From contig CAWJTV010000029.1 in assembly GCA_963845755.1 (NCBI GenBank), forward strand, positions 224,001 to 288,000: a stretch of DNA of 64,000 bases, in the 5' to 3' direction. How positions within the stretch are numbered: the stretch's first letter is position 1; each line of letters begins with the position of its first letter. The position numbers and the translations under genes are program-made. This DNA comes from an uncultured Planctomycetota bacterium (GTDB taxonomy: Bacteria > Planctomycetota > Planctomycetia > Isosphaerales > Isosphaeraceae). This document shows positions 44,570 through 55,152 of this stretch, in pieces. Below the pieces are notes generated by a model. That model did not search any database. It saw only the letters and a program-made list of their open reading frames with translations, and had not been told where the DNA came from.

Positions 44570-45673
44570 ATGAAAGTGATGAGTCGGCTGATGCTGCTCG
44601 TGCTGTCCCTGGGCGGCTACGCCCTGGCCGAGGAGACACCCTCGCCCGCGTTGCTGGTCTTGAACAAGGGGCATCGAGGTTCGACCCGGCCCAGCGAGCT
44701 CGCCATCGTTGACCCGGGTTCGGGGCGCGTGGTGGCCCGGATCCCGACCGGGATCGAATCCCATGAAGTGACCGCGTCTCCCGACGGGAAGTTGGCCGTC
44801 GTCACCAATACCGGGCCGTATTCCGACCCCGGCCACACGCTCTCCGTGATCGACCTGAAGGCCCAGAAGGAGGTCCGTCGCGTCGAGCTCGGCCCGCTCC
44901 CGAATCCCCACGGGATTGCCTGGCATGGCGGCAAGTTCACCTTCACCGCCGAGGGAGCCCGGCTTATCGCGCGGTACGACCCGGAGAAGGATCTCGTCGA
45001 TTGGATGATGGGGATCGGCCAGAATTCGATCCACATGCTGGTCTTCAGCAAGGATGGTCGGAAGATCTTCACGGCGAACCGCGGATCGGCGTCGGTCGCG
45101 GTGGTTTCGCCATCGGCCCCCGGAGGACCCGGCGGACCGGGTGGTGGTCCGGGTCGCTGTCCAGGCGGGGCGCCGGGACGCGGACCAGGTGGACCGGGCG
45201 GCGGTCCAGGCGGCGGACCGGGCGCGCGGACCGGGCGGACCCGGCCAGGTGATCATCCCGGTGCAGCAGGGGCCCGAAGGAATCGACATCACGCCCGACG
45301 GCGCGCAGGTCTGGGTCGGATGCCGGGCGCGATCTCGATCATCGACACGGCCAGCAACCAGGTCGTTGGGACGATCGAGACCGGTACCGGGGGCATCAAC
45401 CGCATCAAGTTTACGCCCGACGGCAAGCGGGCCCTCGCGACCCACATGGGACCGCTCATCATCCTGGACGTGGCGTCCCGCAAGGAAATCAAGCGGATCG
45501 ACACCGGCGGAGGCGGCTCGAGCATCCTGGTCGTCCCCGACGGATCCCGGGCCTATATCGGGATGACCGGCGCGGACAAGGTCGCAGTCGTCGACCTCGG
45601 CAAGTTGGAGGTCGTCTCCGAGCTCCTGACCGGCGAAGGGCCCGATGGCATGGCCTGGGTTGGCGGCCCATAG
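44570..45673 (+). CDS. Secreted YncE/YVTN-type beta-propeller with Gly/Pro-rich insertion; local frameshifts likely
   Basis: Signal peptide; repeats SHEV-ASPDG, PHGI, TPDGKR, GEGPDGMAW. Confidence 0.75.
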   Translation: MKVMSRLMLLVLSLGGYALAEETPSPALLVLNKGHRGSTRPSELAIVDPGSGRVVARIPTGIESHEVTASPDGKLAVVTNTGPYSDPGHTLSVIDLKAQKEVRRVELGPLPNPHGIAWHGGKFTFTAEGARLIARYDPEKDLVDWMMGIGQNSIHMLVFSKDGRKIFTANRGSASVAVVSPSAPGGPGGPGGGPGRCPGGAPGRGPGGPGGGPGGGPGARTGRTRPGDHPGAAGARRNRHHARRRAGLGRMPGAISIIDTASNQVVGTIETGTGGINRIKFTPDGKRALATHMGPLIILDVASRKEIKRIDTGGGGSSILVVPDGSRAYIGMTGADKVAVVDLGKLEVVSELLTGEGPDGMAWVGGP

Positions 45674-45845
45674 CGCAGAGCCGCACCGGATCGACCTCGG
45701 AGGATCGGATGAAGGGAATTTCATGGAACAGGACGCCCCATCCTCGGGCGTCCGTCGCCGAAACTCATCAGGCGGCGGGCCCCCCGACCTGCGAACCCGC
45801 CGCGGAGATCACGAATTCCCGAGTTTTCCTATTGGAGCCATACCC

Positions 45846-46727
45846 ATGAAGCGATCCCTGTTTGCGACTGGTTTGATAATGTGGGCGGCCATCGTGGCCC
45901 GAGGCGTCCTGGCGCAGCAGCCCGGGCAGCCGGGGCGGGGAGGGCCGCCAAACCCGCTGCTCCAGGCGTTCGACACCGATCATGACGGCACGCTCTCGGC
46001 GGCCGAGATCGATGCGGCGGCCGCGAAGCTCCGCGAGCGCGATGCCAACAAGGACGGCAAGCTGACGGCCGACGAGCTGCCGCGAGGCGCGGGGGGCCGG
46101 GGCGGTCCCGGCCGCGGCGGCCCGGGGGCGATGGAGGCGGACAGCGACCTGAGCAAGCCGCCCCTGCCCAAGGACGACGGCGAGCGGCGGATCCTCGCCG
46201 CCCTCCAGCAAGCCCGCTCGGGCGAGCGGTACGCCAACGTCTCGACGGCCGACGGTCGGCTCCTCCGCCAGCTCGCCGAATCGATCGGCGCCCGGCGCAT
46301 CGTCGAGCTGGGCACCTCGACCGGCGAGTCGGGGCTGTGGTTCTCGATGGCCCTGCGCAAGACCGGCGGCAAGCTCTACACCCACGACATCGACCCCGGC
46401 CGGATCGCCGTCGCCCGCGCGAACTTCAAGCGGGCGGGCGTCGAGGACCTCATCGTCATCACCGAAGGCGACGCCCACGAGACGGCGCCGAAGAACAAGG
46501 AGCCGATCGACCTCCTGTTCGTCGACGCCGAGAAGGAGGGGTACGACGCCTACCTCAAGGAACTCCTGCCCTACGTCCGCCCCGGTGGCCTGATCGTTGC
46601 CCACAACATGCGGCGGCCGGCCCCGAATCCGCGGTACGTCGAGGCGATCACGACGAGCCCCGACCTCGACACGTCGTTCGTACTCATGGACGGGGCCGGG
46701 ATCGGAATCACGCTCAAGAAGCACTGA
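45846..46727 (+). CDS. Signal peptide + EF-hand pair + class I SAM-dependent O-methyltransferase
   Basis: DTDHDGTLSAAE and DANKDGKLTADE EF-hands; VELGTSTGES, EGDA, LFVDAEK, PGGLIVAHN. Confidence 0.85.
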   Translation: MKRSLFATGLIMWAAIVARGVLAQQPGQPGRGGPPNPLLQAFDTDHDGTLSAAEIDAAAAKLRERDANKDGKLTADELPRGAGGRGGPGRGGPGAMEADSDLSKPPLPKDDGERRILAALQQARSGERYANVSTADGRLLRQLAESIGARRIVELGTSTGESGLWFSMALRKTGGKLYTHDIDPGRIAVARANFKRAGVEDLIVITEGDAHETAPKNKEPIDLLFVDAEKEGYDAYLKELLPYVRPGGLIVAHNMRRPAPNPRYVEAITTSPDLDTSFVLMDGAGIGITLKKH

Positions 46728-46862
46728 GAACGGGGGAATGGAGATTGCGGGGAGAGGCCCACGCCCCGCGAGCTTCTGGCTGCCGGCGCGTAAGCCCGGC
46801 TTCTGCGACACAACCCCGTGGTCAGGGAGGACCCTGGGGTTCTTCATGTCGCCCGGGAACGT

Positions 46863-47860
46863 CTACTTGCTCAGGTTCCAGACGGTCCGCCCCGGCTCGT
46901 TCAGCCGCACGGCCCAGAGCGTGCCGCCGGCGGTCACGAAGAGGGTCTTGAAGTCGTCGCCACCGAAGGCGCAGTTGGTGCACTCGTCGCGGGGGATCGG
47001 GATCGTCTGGAGGAGTTCGCCTTTAGGCGAGAAGACGTAGATGCCTGCCGTGGGCTTTTCCTGCGTCTCGTACGGCGGGTTCGGCCGGTTCAGGCCGGCG
47101 GCGACGAACAGGCGGCCGGCGGCGTCGAGTTTGATGCCGTCGGGGCCTCGCGTGGCACCCCAGTCGTGCACGAGCGTCCGGCTGGCGGGGGCGACCGTGC
47201 CGTCGGGGCGAAGGACGAATCGCCAGAGCTTCCGGCGCCTCCGACGGTATCGTTGTTGTTGTCGGCGACGTAGAGCGTCCGATCGTCGGGCGTGACGACC
47301 AGGCCGTTCGGCCGGTCCACCTCGTGCGTGATGACGCGGCTGACCTGCCCGTCGGGGTCGATCCGGTAGACGCCCTCGACCTTCCGGCCGTCGGCGTCGA
47401 GCATCTCCATGCCGCGGCGGTCGCCGTAGCAGGGGTCGGAGAAGTAGATGCGCCCGCGGGAATCGAGCGACAGGTCGTTCGGCTGGTTGAAGCGGTGGCC
47501 GTCGTAGCGGTCGGCGAGGATCGTCAGGCGCCCGCCGTGCTCGATCCGGGTCACTCGGCGGTGCGCGGCCTCGCAGATCACCAGGCGCCCCTGGCGGTCG
47601 AACATCAGGCCGTTCGACCCGACCTCCTCGCGGTAAACTGAAACTTTGCCGTCGAGGGAGCGGCGGACGATATTCCCATCGCCGCTGGTGAACAAGCCGA
47701 GCTTCGGGTGCCAGGCCGGCCCTTCGCCCGCGCCGCGCTCTTGCAAGAGGTTGGGGCGAGCACCCGGGGCGAGGATGTCCGGTCCTTCGGCGATTGCTGG
47801 CCGGACGGCGATCGCGGCGAGGACGACCAGGGCGAGCTTGGCGTCGAGTTGAAGGTCCAT
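46863..47860 (-). CDS. Secreted SMP-30/gluconolactonase family protein; frameshift near 47240
   Basis: GEGPAW, GSNGL, FNQPND, FSDP, RPNGL, PDGIKLD, TNCAFGG. Confidence 0.88.
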
Positions 47861-48060
47861 TCGTCGCTGCCTCCGAGTGACCTGAGTTCGACAATCCCAC
47901 GTCCCGAGTGGTCCCGTTTCCGGGGTCCACCTTACCTTGGGTCGTTACCGGGCAGGATACTGGCGATCAGTTGCCGGCCCTGTCCGGATGTCCCAATTGT
48001 GCAGCCCTACCGCTTTGTCCCGGATCTCTCCCGCGGGGTGGGAAGTCTCGGTGAAGGTGA

Positions 48061-48873
48061 TCAGACCGGCTCTCGGACGAGGAACGCTCGGGTGTAAGCC
48101 ACCTGGAGCCCCCGGCGTTCGGCGTTACGCTGCGAGGTGCTACCGGGTTGGGCACCCTGGGCGGCCAGATCGCAATCGGAGCGACGGGCCAAGGCGAGGC
48201 GAGCGTGGTGCAGTGCCGCGTGGACGCCCCGGTTGCGATACGGTGGCAGGGTCGCAGCTCCGGCGAGGAGAGCGAGTCCCCGATGCATGAGGACCGAGCC
48301 ACCGCCAACCGGCTGCCCGTCGATGAGGGCGAGGAAGGATGAGGCGTGTTTCATCCCCAGCATCGTGGCCATCATCTCCAACGACTCATCGAGCGATCCG
48401 GTGGGACCGACGAAGTTCGGGGCCACCACGTTCGCGTAGAGGTCGTGCTCACGCGGATCGACCGGGCGGACCTCGATACCAGGCACGGAAAGAGGTTCGG
48501 GGTCATCCCGGCCCAAGGGCAGGATCAGGATATTCTCGAAACCGGAGAGCCGATAGCCTCGGCGCCCCAGGCCCTCGATGAGCGTCGGGTCGGCCAGGGG
48601 ACACACGACGACTCGGGACGTTTCCCCTCGGCTGAAGAAGATCGCTTCCATCCGATCGAGGTCGGTCTCGGTCACCGGCCCGTGCAGCCCCATCGCCTTG
48701 GTTTCCGTCAGCGGCGAGCCAGGTCCGCCGAAGACCGCCCGACCGCCCGCCACCTCCTCAACCGCCACGTCCACCTCGGGCCGCCGCCGTCCGAGTTCGC
48801 GGACGTACGCCTCCGCCGTGAACGCCTCGGCTTCCTCCAGCCGTCTTGCCAGTTCCAGGTCGGTCAAGGTCAT
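48061..48873 (-). CDS. GNAT family N-acetyltransferase
   Basis: AATLPPYRNRGV acetyl-CoA motif, SQRNAERRG. Confidence 0.85.
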   Translation of the reverse strand: MTLTDLELARRLEEAEAFTAEAYVRELGRRRPEVDVAVEEVAGGRAVFGGPGSPLTETKAMGLHGPVTETDLDRMEAIFFSRGETSRVVVCPLADPTLIEGLGRRGYRLSGFENILILPLGRDDPEPLSVPGIEVRPVDPREHDLYANVVAPNFVGPTGSLDESLEMMATMLGMKHASSFLALIDGQPVGGGSVLMHRGLALLAGAATLPPYRNRGVHAALHHARLALARRSDCDLAAQGAQPGSTSQRNAERRGLQVAYTRAFLVREPV

Positions 48874-49166
48874 GGTCAACGTAGATGCTCCGGCGCGACC
48901 TCAAGGCGTCGCATCCATACGGGTGTTGCAAAGGTAGCCAGGGCGCGGTCAGGGAATCGGTAGCGCGAAGATCCTTCCCTGGACGATCTCCTCGGGATAG
49001 TCGGGGTGGGGCCCAGTGCGAACGGCCCGGCTGCAAACAAGACTTCGGGCTCGGCGCCGACTTTCATGGGATCAGTTCCTTTGCGCAGCATGATTCCGCA
49101 TTATCGCGCCGATCGATCCCTGGTTCAATCCCGGCGTGCCAATAAAGCATGCACATTCCTGCTTGC

Positions 49167-50408
49167 TCAAATGAAATCGACCGATCCATCCGCCCGGAAG
49201 CCGAAGCCGCGCCGCCATGGCTTGGGCGGGTAGTGTCGGAACGCCTCTTCATTCAGCTCGATGCCCCAGCCGGGCTTCTCGGGGACCGCGAGGTAGCCCC
49301 GGTCAACGACGAGGGGCTCGCGGACCAGGTCGCGGCGGGGCGGGACATCGTCGGGGGTGTACTCGAGGATCAAGAAGTTCGGCGTGGATGCCGCGAAGTG
49401 CGTGTTGACCACGTTGGCAACCGGGCCCATCGGGTTATGAGGAGCCACGACGACGTAGTGGGCCTCGGCCATGGCTGCGATCTTCTTCATCTCCAGGACG
49501 CCGCCGCACAGGCAGATGTCGGGCTGGATGATATCGAGCGCCTGGGCCTGGAGGATCGGCTGGAACTCGAACTTCGTGTAGTTGCACTCGCCACTGGCCA
49601 GCGGGACCGAGACGTGCGCGGCGAGCTTGGCCATGGCGTTGACATTCTCGGGCCGGATCGGCTCCTCGAGCCAGAAGGGCTGATACGGCTCGATGGCCCG
49701 GGCCACGCGAATCGCGCGGCTGAGCTCGAAGAACTGGGCATGGATGTCCACGGCGATATCGGCGTCGGATCCCAGCGCGTCGCGGACCGCGCGGATGCGT
49801 TGTCCGGCCGCTCGGGTCACGGCGTTGTAGGGCGCCGCGTGCATCCCGGGCGGGTGCGGCGACATCTTCACGGCGGTGTATCCATACTTCTCCACAACGG
49901 CCCGGGCACTCTCCGCCAGTTGGCTCGGCTCGGCCCCACCGATGCCCTGGTAGAGCCGGACCTTCTCGCGGCACTTGCCCCCCAGGAGGCGATAGACGGG
50001 CAAGCCAGCCGCCTTGCCCGCGATATCCCAGAGCGCGTGCTCGATGCCGCTCATCGCCGCGTTGATCACCGATCCGCCGGGGAACCGGCTGAAGTTATAC
50101 ATCATCGCCCAGAGGTGCTCGATGTTGCGCGGGTCCTGGCCGACCAACCAGTCCTTGAAGTCGTGGATCGCCGCGACCGTGGCCCGGTCCGGCCCGCAGG
50201 AATAGGACTCGCCGATCCCGTGGATCCCCTGGTCCGTCTCTACCTTGACGAAGAGATGGTTTCGGCCCAGGCCGACGAGGAATGTCTTGATGTCCGTGAT
50301 CCGGATCTCCGGGCGGACCTGCGCCGGGCCCGCGGGCTGAGCCGCGGCTGCCCCGCCCGTCGCACCGACGGCCAGACCGCTCGTCATGAGGAAGTGTCGC
50401 CGTTTCAT
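49167..50408 (-). CDS. Galactonate dehydratase-like mandelate racemase/enolase superfamily enzyme with Tat signal
   Basis: KRRHFL; GIEHALWDI, AVKM, VDIH, WLEEP, SGE, IQPD, APHNP. Confidence 0.85.
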   Translation of the reverse strand: MKRRHFLMTSGLAVGATGGAAAAQPAGPAQVRPEIRITDIKTFLVGLGRNHLFVKVETDQGIHGIGESYSCGPDRATVAAIHDFKDWLVGQDPRNIEHLWAMMYNFSRFPGGSVINAAMSGIEHALWDIAGKAAGLPVYRLLGGKCREKVRLYQGIGGAEPSQLAESARAVVEKYGYTAVKMSPHPPGMHAAPYNAVTRAAGQRIRAVRDALGSDADIAVDIHAQFFELSRAIRVARAIEPYQPFWLEEPIRPENVNAMAKLAAHVSVPLASGECNYTKFEFQPILQAQALDIIQPDICLCGGVLEMKKIAAMAEAHYVVVAPHNPMGPVANVVNTHFAASTPNFLILEYTPDDVPPRRDLVREPLVVDRGYLAVPEKPGWGIELNEEAFRHYPPKPWRRGFGFRADGSVDFI

Positions 50409-50444
50409 CTGCTCACTTGCCTTTCGTCGCGGTGGGCTCAGTCA

Positions 50445-51383
50445 TTACCGCCGCGAGCTCGGCGTGAGGAACCCCTGACTTCGCAGCCATCGGGCGCACA
50501 AGTCCATCCAGGTGCCGTACGGTCGGTCACTGGGGCGGACCCCGAAATCGTGTGCGGTATCGGCATAAACATGCAGTTCTGCCGGGACGCCCGCCTTTCT
50601 CAGGGCCAGGTACGCGATCACGCTGTGTTCCGGAGGGCTGACGGTATCGGCCCCCCCGTGGACCAGGAAGACCGGCGGCGTCCGTGCTGGGATTGTCAGG
50701 CCGGGAGCGAGTTCATCCTTATCCTTCGGTTTGAGGTAACCCGAATAGACCGGGATCGCGAAATCCGGCCGGCAATCGATCTTGTCGATGTCGTCGATCG
50801 TCTCGTAGGTTCGCTTTTCGAAGCTCGTCGCCGTGGCGAGGGCGAGATGTCCTCCGGCCGAGAAGCCGATGATCCCGATGCGGTGCGGATCGATACCCCA
50901 GTCCCTGGCATTGCTCCGGACCAGGCTCACCGCCCGTTGGGCATCTTGAAGCGGCCGGCGAGCCGGCTCGCTCTTGACTTCGCCGGGACGCCGCGGCACC
51001 CGGTACTTGAGTATGATGCCCGTCACTCCCAGCGAATTCAGCCAGGCTGCAACCTCCTCACCTTCCAACTGCCAGTAGAGATTCCAGTAGCCGCCCCCTG
51101 GGCAGATCAGCACCGCGGTGCCGGTGTCCTTATCCTTGGCCGGCCGATAGATCGTGAGGGTCGGTTGCGTGACGTTGGTCACGAGCCGGGTCGGCTCGGT
51201 CACCTCGAGCTTCTCGCGCGACTCCTTCGGCGACATGCGGACATACTCCGCACCGATCGTGCCGGCCTCCTCCGGAGCTTTTCCCGGCCAGAGCCCCACC
51301 ACCTGAGGATTGTCCGGACCTGCCGCCGCCAGGACGCCGACCAGGAAAGCGACCAAAGAACCTGCTGTGACGAATCGGATCAT
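50445..51383 (-). CDS. Secreted alpha/beta hydrolase (carbohydrate esterase-like)
   Basis: ICPGGGY, GFSAGGHL, RPDFAIPVY, D and H catalytic positions. Confidence 0.85.
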   Translation of the reverse strand: MIRFVTAGSLVAFLVGVLAAAGPDNPQVVGLWPGKAPEEAGTIGAEYVRMSPKESREKLEVTEPTRLVTNVTQPTLTIYRPAKDKDTGTAVLICPGGGYWNLYWQLEGEEVAAWLNSLGVTGIILKYRVPRRPGEVKSEPARRPLQDAQRAVSLVRSNARDWGIDPHRIGIIGFSAGGHLALATATSFEKRTYETIDDIDKIDCRPDFAIPVYSGYLKPKDKDELAPGLTIPARTPPVFLVHGGADTVSPPEHSVIAYLALRKAGVPAELHVYADTAHDFGVRPSDRPYGTWMDLCARWLRSQGFLTPSSRR

Positions 51384-51431
51384 GCCAGTTCCTCGATTCG
51401 AGAACGAAGAAAACGTCCCACATCGTCGTCG

Positions 51432-52584
51432 TCACGAGTCAGCAATCGCGTGCGATCCACGCAGTACGCAGTCCCCTTGGAGGCCGCGGCTACCGCAGCA
51501 CGTAAGCTGGCTCTTCCCTCGGTGTTTCGGTTTGGGCCCCTTCTGAGCGAGGAACCGCCTCGCCCGGTCTCGCATCTCGCGGGACCAAGGGCGCAGGCCG
51601 AGCCGCTCGAAGAGTTGGCGGTCTTCATGCGTGGCCGGGTTCGGCGTGGTCAGCAGTTTTTCTCCGTAGAAGATCGAATTGGCGCCGGCCAGGAAGCAGA
51701 GCGCCTGGAGCTCCGCGCTCATGGACTCGCGGCCGGCGGAGAGCCGGACGTACGAGGTCGGCATTAGGATCCGGGCGACTGCGATCGTTCGGACGAAGTC
51801 GAGCGGATCGATCGCCGCCTCATCCGCCAGCGGCGTGCCTTCCACGCGGACCAGCATGTTGATCGGGACGCTCTCGGGGTGCTCGGGCAGGTTGGCCAAC
51901 GTCCGGAGTAACTCGCCGCGATCTGCCGGGCTCTCGCCCATTCCCAGGATCCCCCCGCAACAGACGCGAATCCCCGCCGTGCGGCACATCGCGCGAGCGT
52001 GTCCAGCCGGTCCTGGTAGGTCCGCGTGCTGATGATCTGGCCGTAGTAAGACTCGGACGTGTCCAGGTTGTGGTTGTAATAGTCGAGACCCGCCGCTTTG
52101 AGGCGTTCGGCCTGCGGACCGGTCAACATGCCGAGCGTGACGCAGGTCTCCAGCCCGAGCATCTTCACCTCGGCCACGAGCTCGGCCACCTCGTCGAGGT
52201 CCCGATCCCGGGCGCACGCCAGGCCGCTCCCATGCAGAAGCGCGTCGCACCGGCCGCCTGCGCCTGGAGTGCCTCGGCGCGCACCGCCTCCTTCGTCATG
52301 AGCCTCTCCGACTTGACGCTGGTCGTGAAATGGGCGCTTTGCGGACAATATGCACAATCCTCGGGACAACCGCCCGTCTTGATCGAGAGCAGCGTGGAGA
52401 TCTGGACTTCGTTCGCGTCGAAGGTGCCGCGGTGGATCGTCTGGGCCTGAAACAGGAGATCGTTGAATGGGAGGCGGTACAGGGCCAGGACCTCATCCCG
52501 AGTCCAGTCGTGGCGAAGGCCGGGACCTCGCGTTTGGCACGGGGGCGATTCGGCATTATGAACCATCAGAGTCCTCATCACCAT
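51432..52584 (-). CDS. bioB: Biotin synthase; frameshifts near 52215 and 51985, ends approximate
   Basis: [71 protein letters not shown]. Confidence 0.95.
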
Positions 52585-52587
52585 GGA

Positions 52588-52659
52588 GATTCCGGATTCC
52601 GGATTCCGGATTCCGGATTACTAAGCCCGGATTCCGGATTACAGATTCCAGATTCCGGA
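52588..52659. repeat. Tandem heptamer array (GATTCCG)n upstream of bioB
   Basis: GATTCCG x4 followed by degenerate units; same unit as the arms of the 151-bp element. Confidence 0.85.
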
Positions 52660-52951
52660 AAGTCGAGTGCATCCCATTCGTGTTTTGATCATCGTGGATC
52701 GCGTAATAGACGCTTTTCCCGGGAGGAAGACACTTTCTTGTCGATTGTTCACCCGAAACCTTATACATGTCAATGACTTGCGTTGTCAACTCCAGCTCTT
52801 CAGGTATGATCAAGCCGGATCTTGCAAGCTCGGTCTGTCTCAGTATTTACGTCGATGCCCCGACAACGGTCATGGGGCAATCTTGGTAACAACCGGTAGT
52901 CGCCTTGAGCCCCGCCCCTCGCATCCCATCCACGGGCTTGAATGGGTCTCG

Positions 52952-53158
52952 CTATCGATGGCGCTCGATCATGTCTGGCAGTTCGCGTATGATCGTGGTC
53001 AGTTTGTCTTGTTGTTTCGCGGAGGCATCAATCGAGCGCCTCAACCGCCGGATCTGCGCCTGCTGGATCGCCACCTCCTGGAGCAACGCCAGGATCGCGA
53101 CGACGACCAGGATCGTGCCGAACCGGAGGCGGAAGCATGCCGGTCGATCGTCTTTCAT
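52952..53158 (-). CDS. Small single-TM protein with coiled-coil tail
   Basis: RLRFGTILVVVAILAL planctomycete-type N-terminus. Confidence 0.45.
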   Translation of the reverse strand: MKDDRPACFRLRFGTILVVVAILALLQEVAIQQAQIRRLRRSIDASAKQQDKLTTIIRELPDMIERHR

Positions 53159-53219
53159 CTTCTCGGCTCCGGCGGATCCGGCTCGACTTAAGAGCCACAC
53201 AAAGGAAGGAGAAAGACCG

Positions 53220-54641
53220 ATGAAAGCGTGGTTATGGGATGGATCTGCGGGAGTCGATCACTTGCGATTAGGCGAGGCGCCGAACCCGGTGGCAGAGCAA
53301 GGCGAAGTCGTATTGGAAGTTCGACTACGCAGCCTTAAACCCGGCTGACCTGTATTTGGCAGAAAGGCGATACCCGTACCCGGTAAATCCTCCTCTGCCA
53401 CATGTGTTGGGGCGAGACGGCGTGGGAACGATCGTTCAAGTAGGCGAGGGCGTTAGCGATGTGCATGTGGGCGACCGGCGTGTCATCCTACGCAGCCACG
53501 CAGGAGTTTTCCGCTGGGGCAGCTTCGCCGAACGAGTGTCGATTCCGGCACAGAGCCTGGTCGACATCCCGACTGGGTGGACCGACGAGGAAGCTTCGTG
53601 CGCAACTCTCGTTTATATGGCGGCATATCGTGCGTTGACGATGTGGGAGCCGCTCAAGCCGAACTCCGTGGTGCTAGCCTGGATTCCCATGGAGGCAAAA
53701 ACGGGGTAGGCTACGACGCAATCCATAAACGAAGCAAAATTCGTCGAAGTGGGTTTTCCCCTGGATTTCAAGTGGTTCTGGCTTGAAACGGCTCATCGAA
53801 ACGCCTCTCTCGATGTTAGGTGATCCGTAAACTGAAAAAAGAGCATCCACGGTGTCAACTCAATGCATCCACTGTGGTGAATTCGATAGATTTGTCGCAA
53901 GAACCCCTTGTTTTCCAGGAGGAAGTGAGATTCGATCGACGAACATATCATCCATGGTGATCAAGTTAACTTAGTGGGAGACCCACCTTTAACTCTTGGA
54001 GGAGCATAACCAGTTCCGAGGCGAAAAGCTGAGTATCGCGGGCTTTTTTCCAATCATGCGGCAACAAATGTTAGCCCAATCTGCCTCCATGGGAATCCAG
54101 GCTAGTCACCGGTGCTTCAGGTGGTGTCGGCGTCGCGGCTGTGCAACTGGCTGCGGCGATGGGTCACACTGTGGTCGCTCTATCGCGCAGTGAGGACAAG
54201 CAACATCGCTTGAAAGAGCTCGGAGCGACATTCGCATTCAACCCCGAGGATTCAGAGTGGCCAGCGAGAGTAAAGGATGCTTTGAACTCACGTGGGGTGA
54301 ATCTCGCCGTAGACAATATAGGAGGCAAGCTGTTCCCAGAGGTTATCGCGACGATGGGCGAACTAGGAAGAATCAGCCTGGTCGGGGAACTCGCAGGCCC
54401 GGTGCCTAATTTCGACACAGGAACCCTCTTTTCTCGGCGGTTGCGGATTGGCGCAATGGCGCTCGGCTACTATACACCGGAAGAAACCCGAACGACATGG
54501 CAGGAACTCCTGTCGGTGCTGGCGAAATCGGGAGCCCGCCCACAGGTGGATCGGGTCTTTCCGTTCGAGCAGTTGCCTGAGGCGTTTGAACGTCTGAGGG
54601 GCGGCCCGATGGGTAAAGTGCTGATGCGCGTAAAGCCTTAA
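53220..54641 (+). pseudogene. MDR-family quinone oxidoreductase interrupted by a MITE (also frameshift near 53322)
   Basis: AALNPAD, PHVLGRDGVG; removing the insert restores NSVVL-VTGASGGVG; C-terminal GKVL. Confidence 0.9.
53678..54101. mobile_element. 424-bp non-autonomous MITE with 20-bp perfect TIRs and CTAG target duplication
   Basis: CCTGGATTCCCATGGAGGCA (53678-53697) and TGCCTCCATGGGAATCCAGG (54082-54101); CTAG at 53674-53677 and 54102-54105; no transposase ORF. Confidence 0.92.
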
Positions 54642-54739
54642 ATTGAGCGACGGACACTATCATTCGTCGGGCCAGGAAAAAAGGTTTGACGCCTTCCTCT
54701 CGATTCAATGATAACGCTGTCCGCTAATGCGTTTACGAG

Positions 54740-54771
54740 AGAAGCGCCTTTCGTATGACAGGCGCTTCTTT
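54740..54771. terminator. Possible intrinsic terminator between convergent genes
   Basis: AGAAGCGCCT/AGGCGCTTCT 10-bp stem with only a short T tail. Confidence 0.35.
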
Positions 54772-55152
54772 CGCCCTAGAATGTGCGGATGATGGCCTCC
54801 CCGATTTCCCGGCCTCGATCGATGTCCGTCGGCGCCTCTGCGGACACGTTCATCAATTCAAAGACAGACGCCTGCCCTCGCTGGCTGTTCGACCAGTAAT
54901 CGAAACCGTCTGCATTGCACGCTCTGACCGGTCGGAGGCGATTTCGCCAGACGATTTCGCTAGGCGGATGCTGCCGATTTCATACGCTGCACGGCCACTT
55001 CGGTGGTCCATACGGCGTGTGTGATTAGCGACAATTAGATTTCCTTGTTGACGACAATTAGAATTCCCTACTCGGCCATAGTGTACAAGCCCCTGGGATT
55101 CTGGCCAATTGACCATCCCTCTCGCCTCTGGGATCAACCATTCCTGCGCCGT

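Noticed and set aside
49149..51767. Long antisense ORFs (872 aa here; also 8304..10055, 34934..36442, 56042..57463)
   Set aside because: Shadow frames of well-supported genes in high-GC DNA with no recognisable motifs.
52735..52792. BirA operator upstream of bioB
   Set aside because: A TTGTCAAC half-site is present but there is no properly spaced inverted partner.
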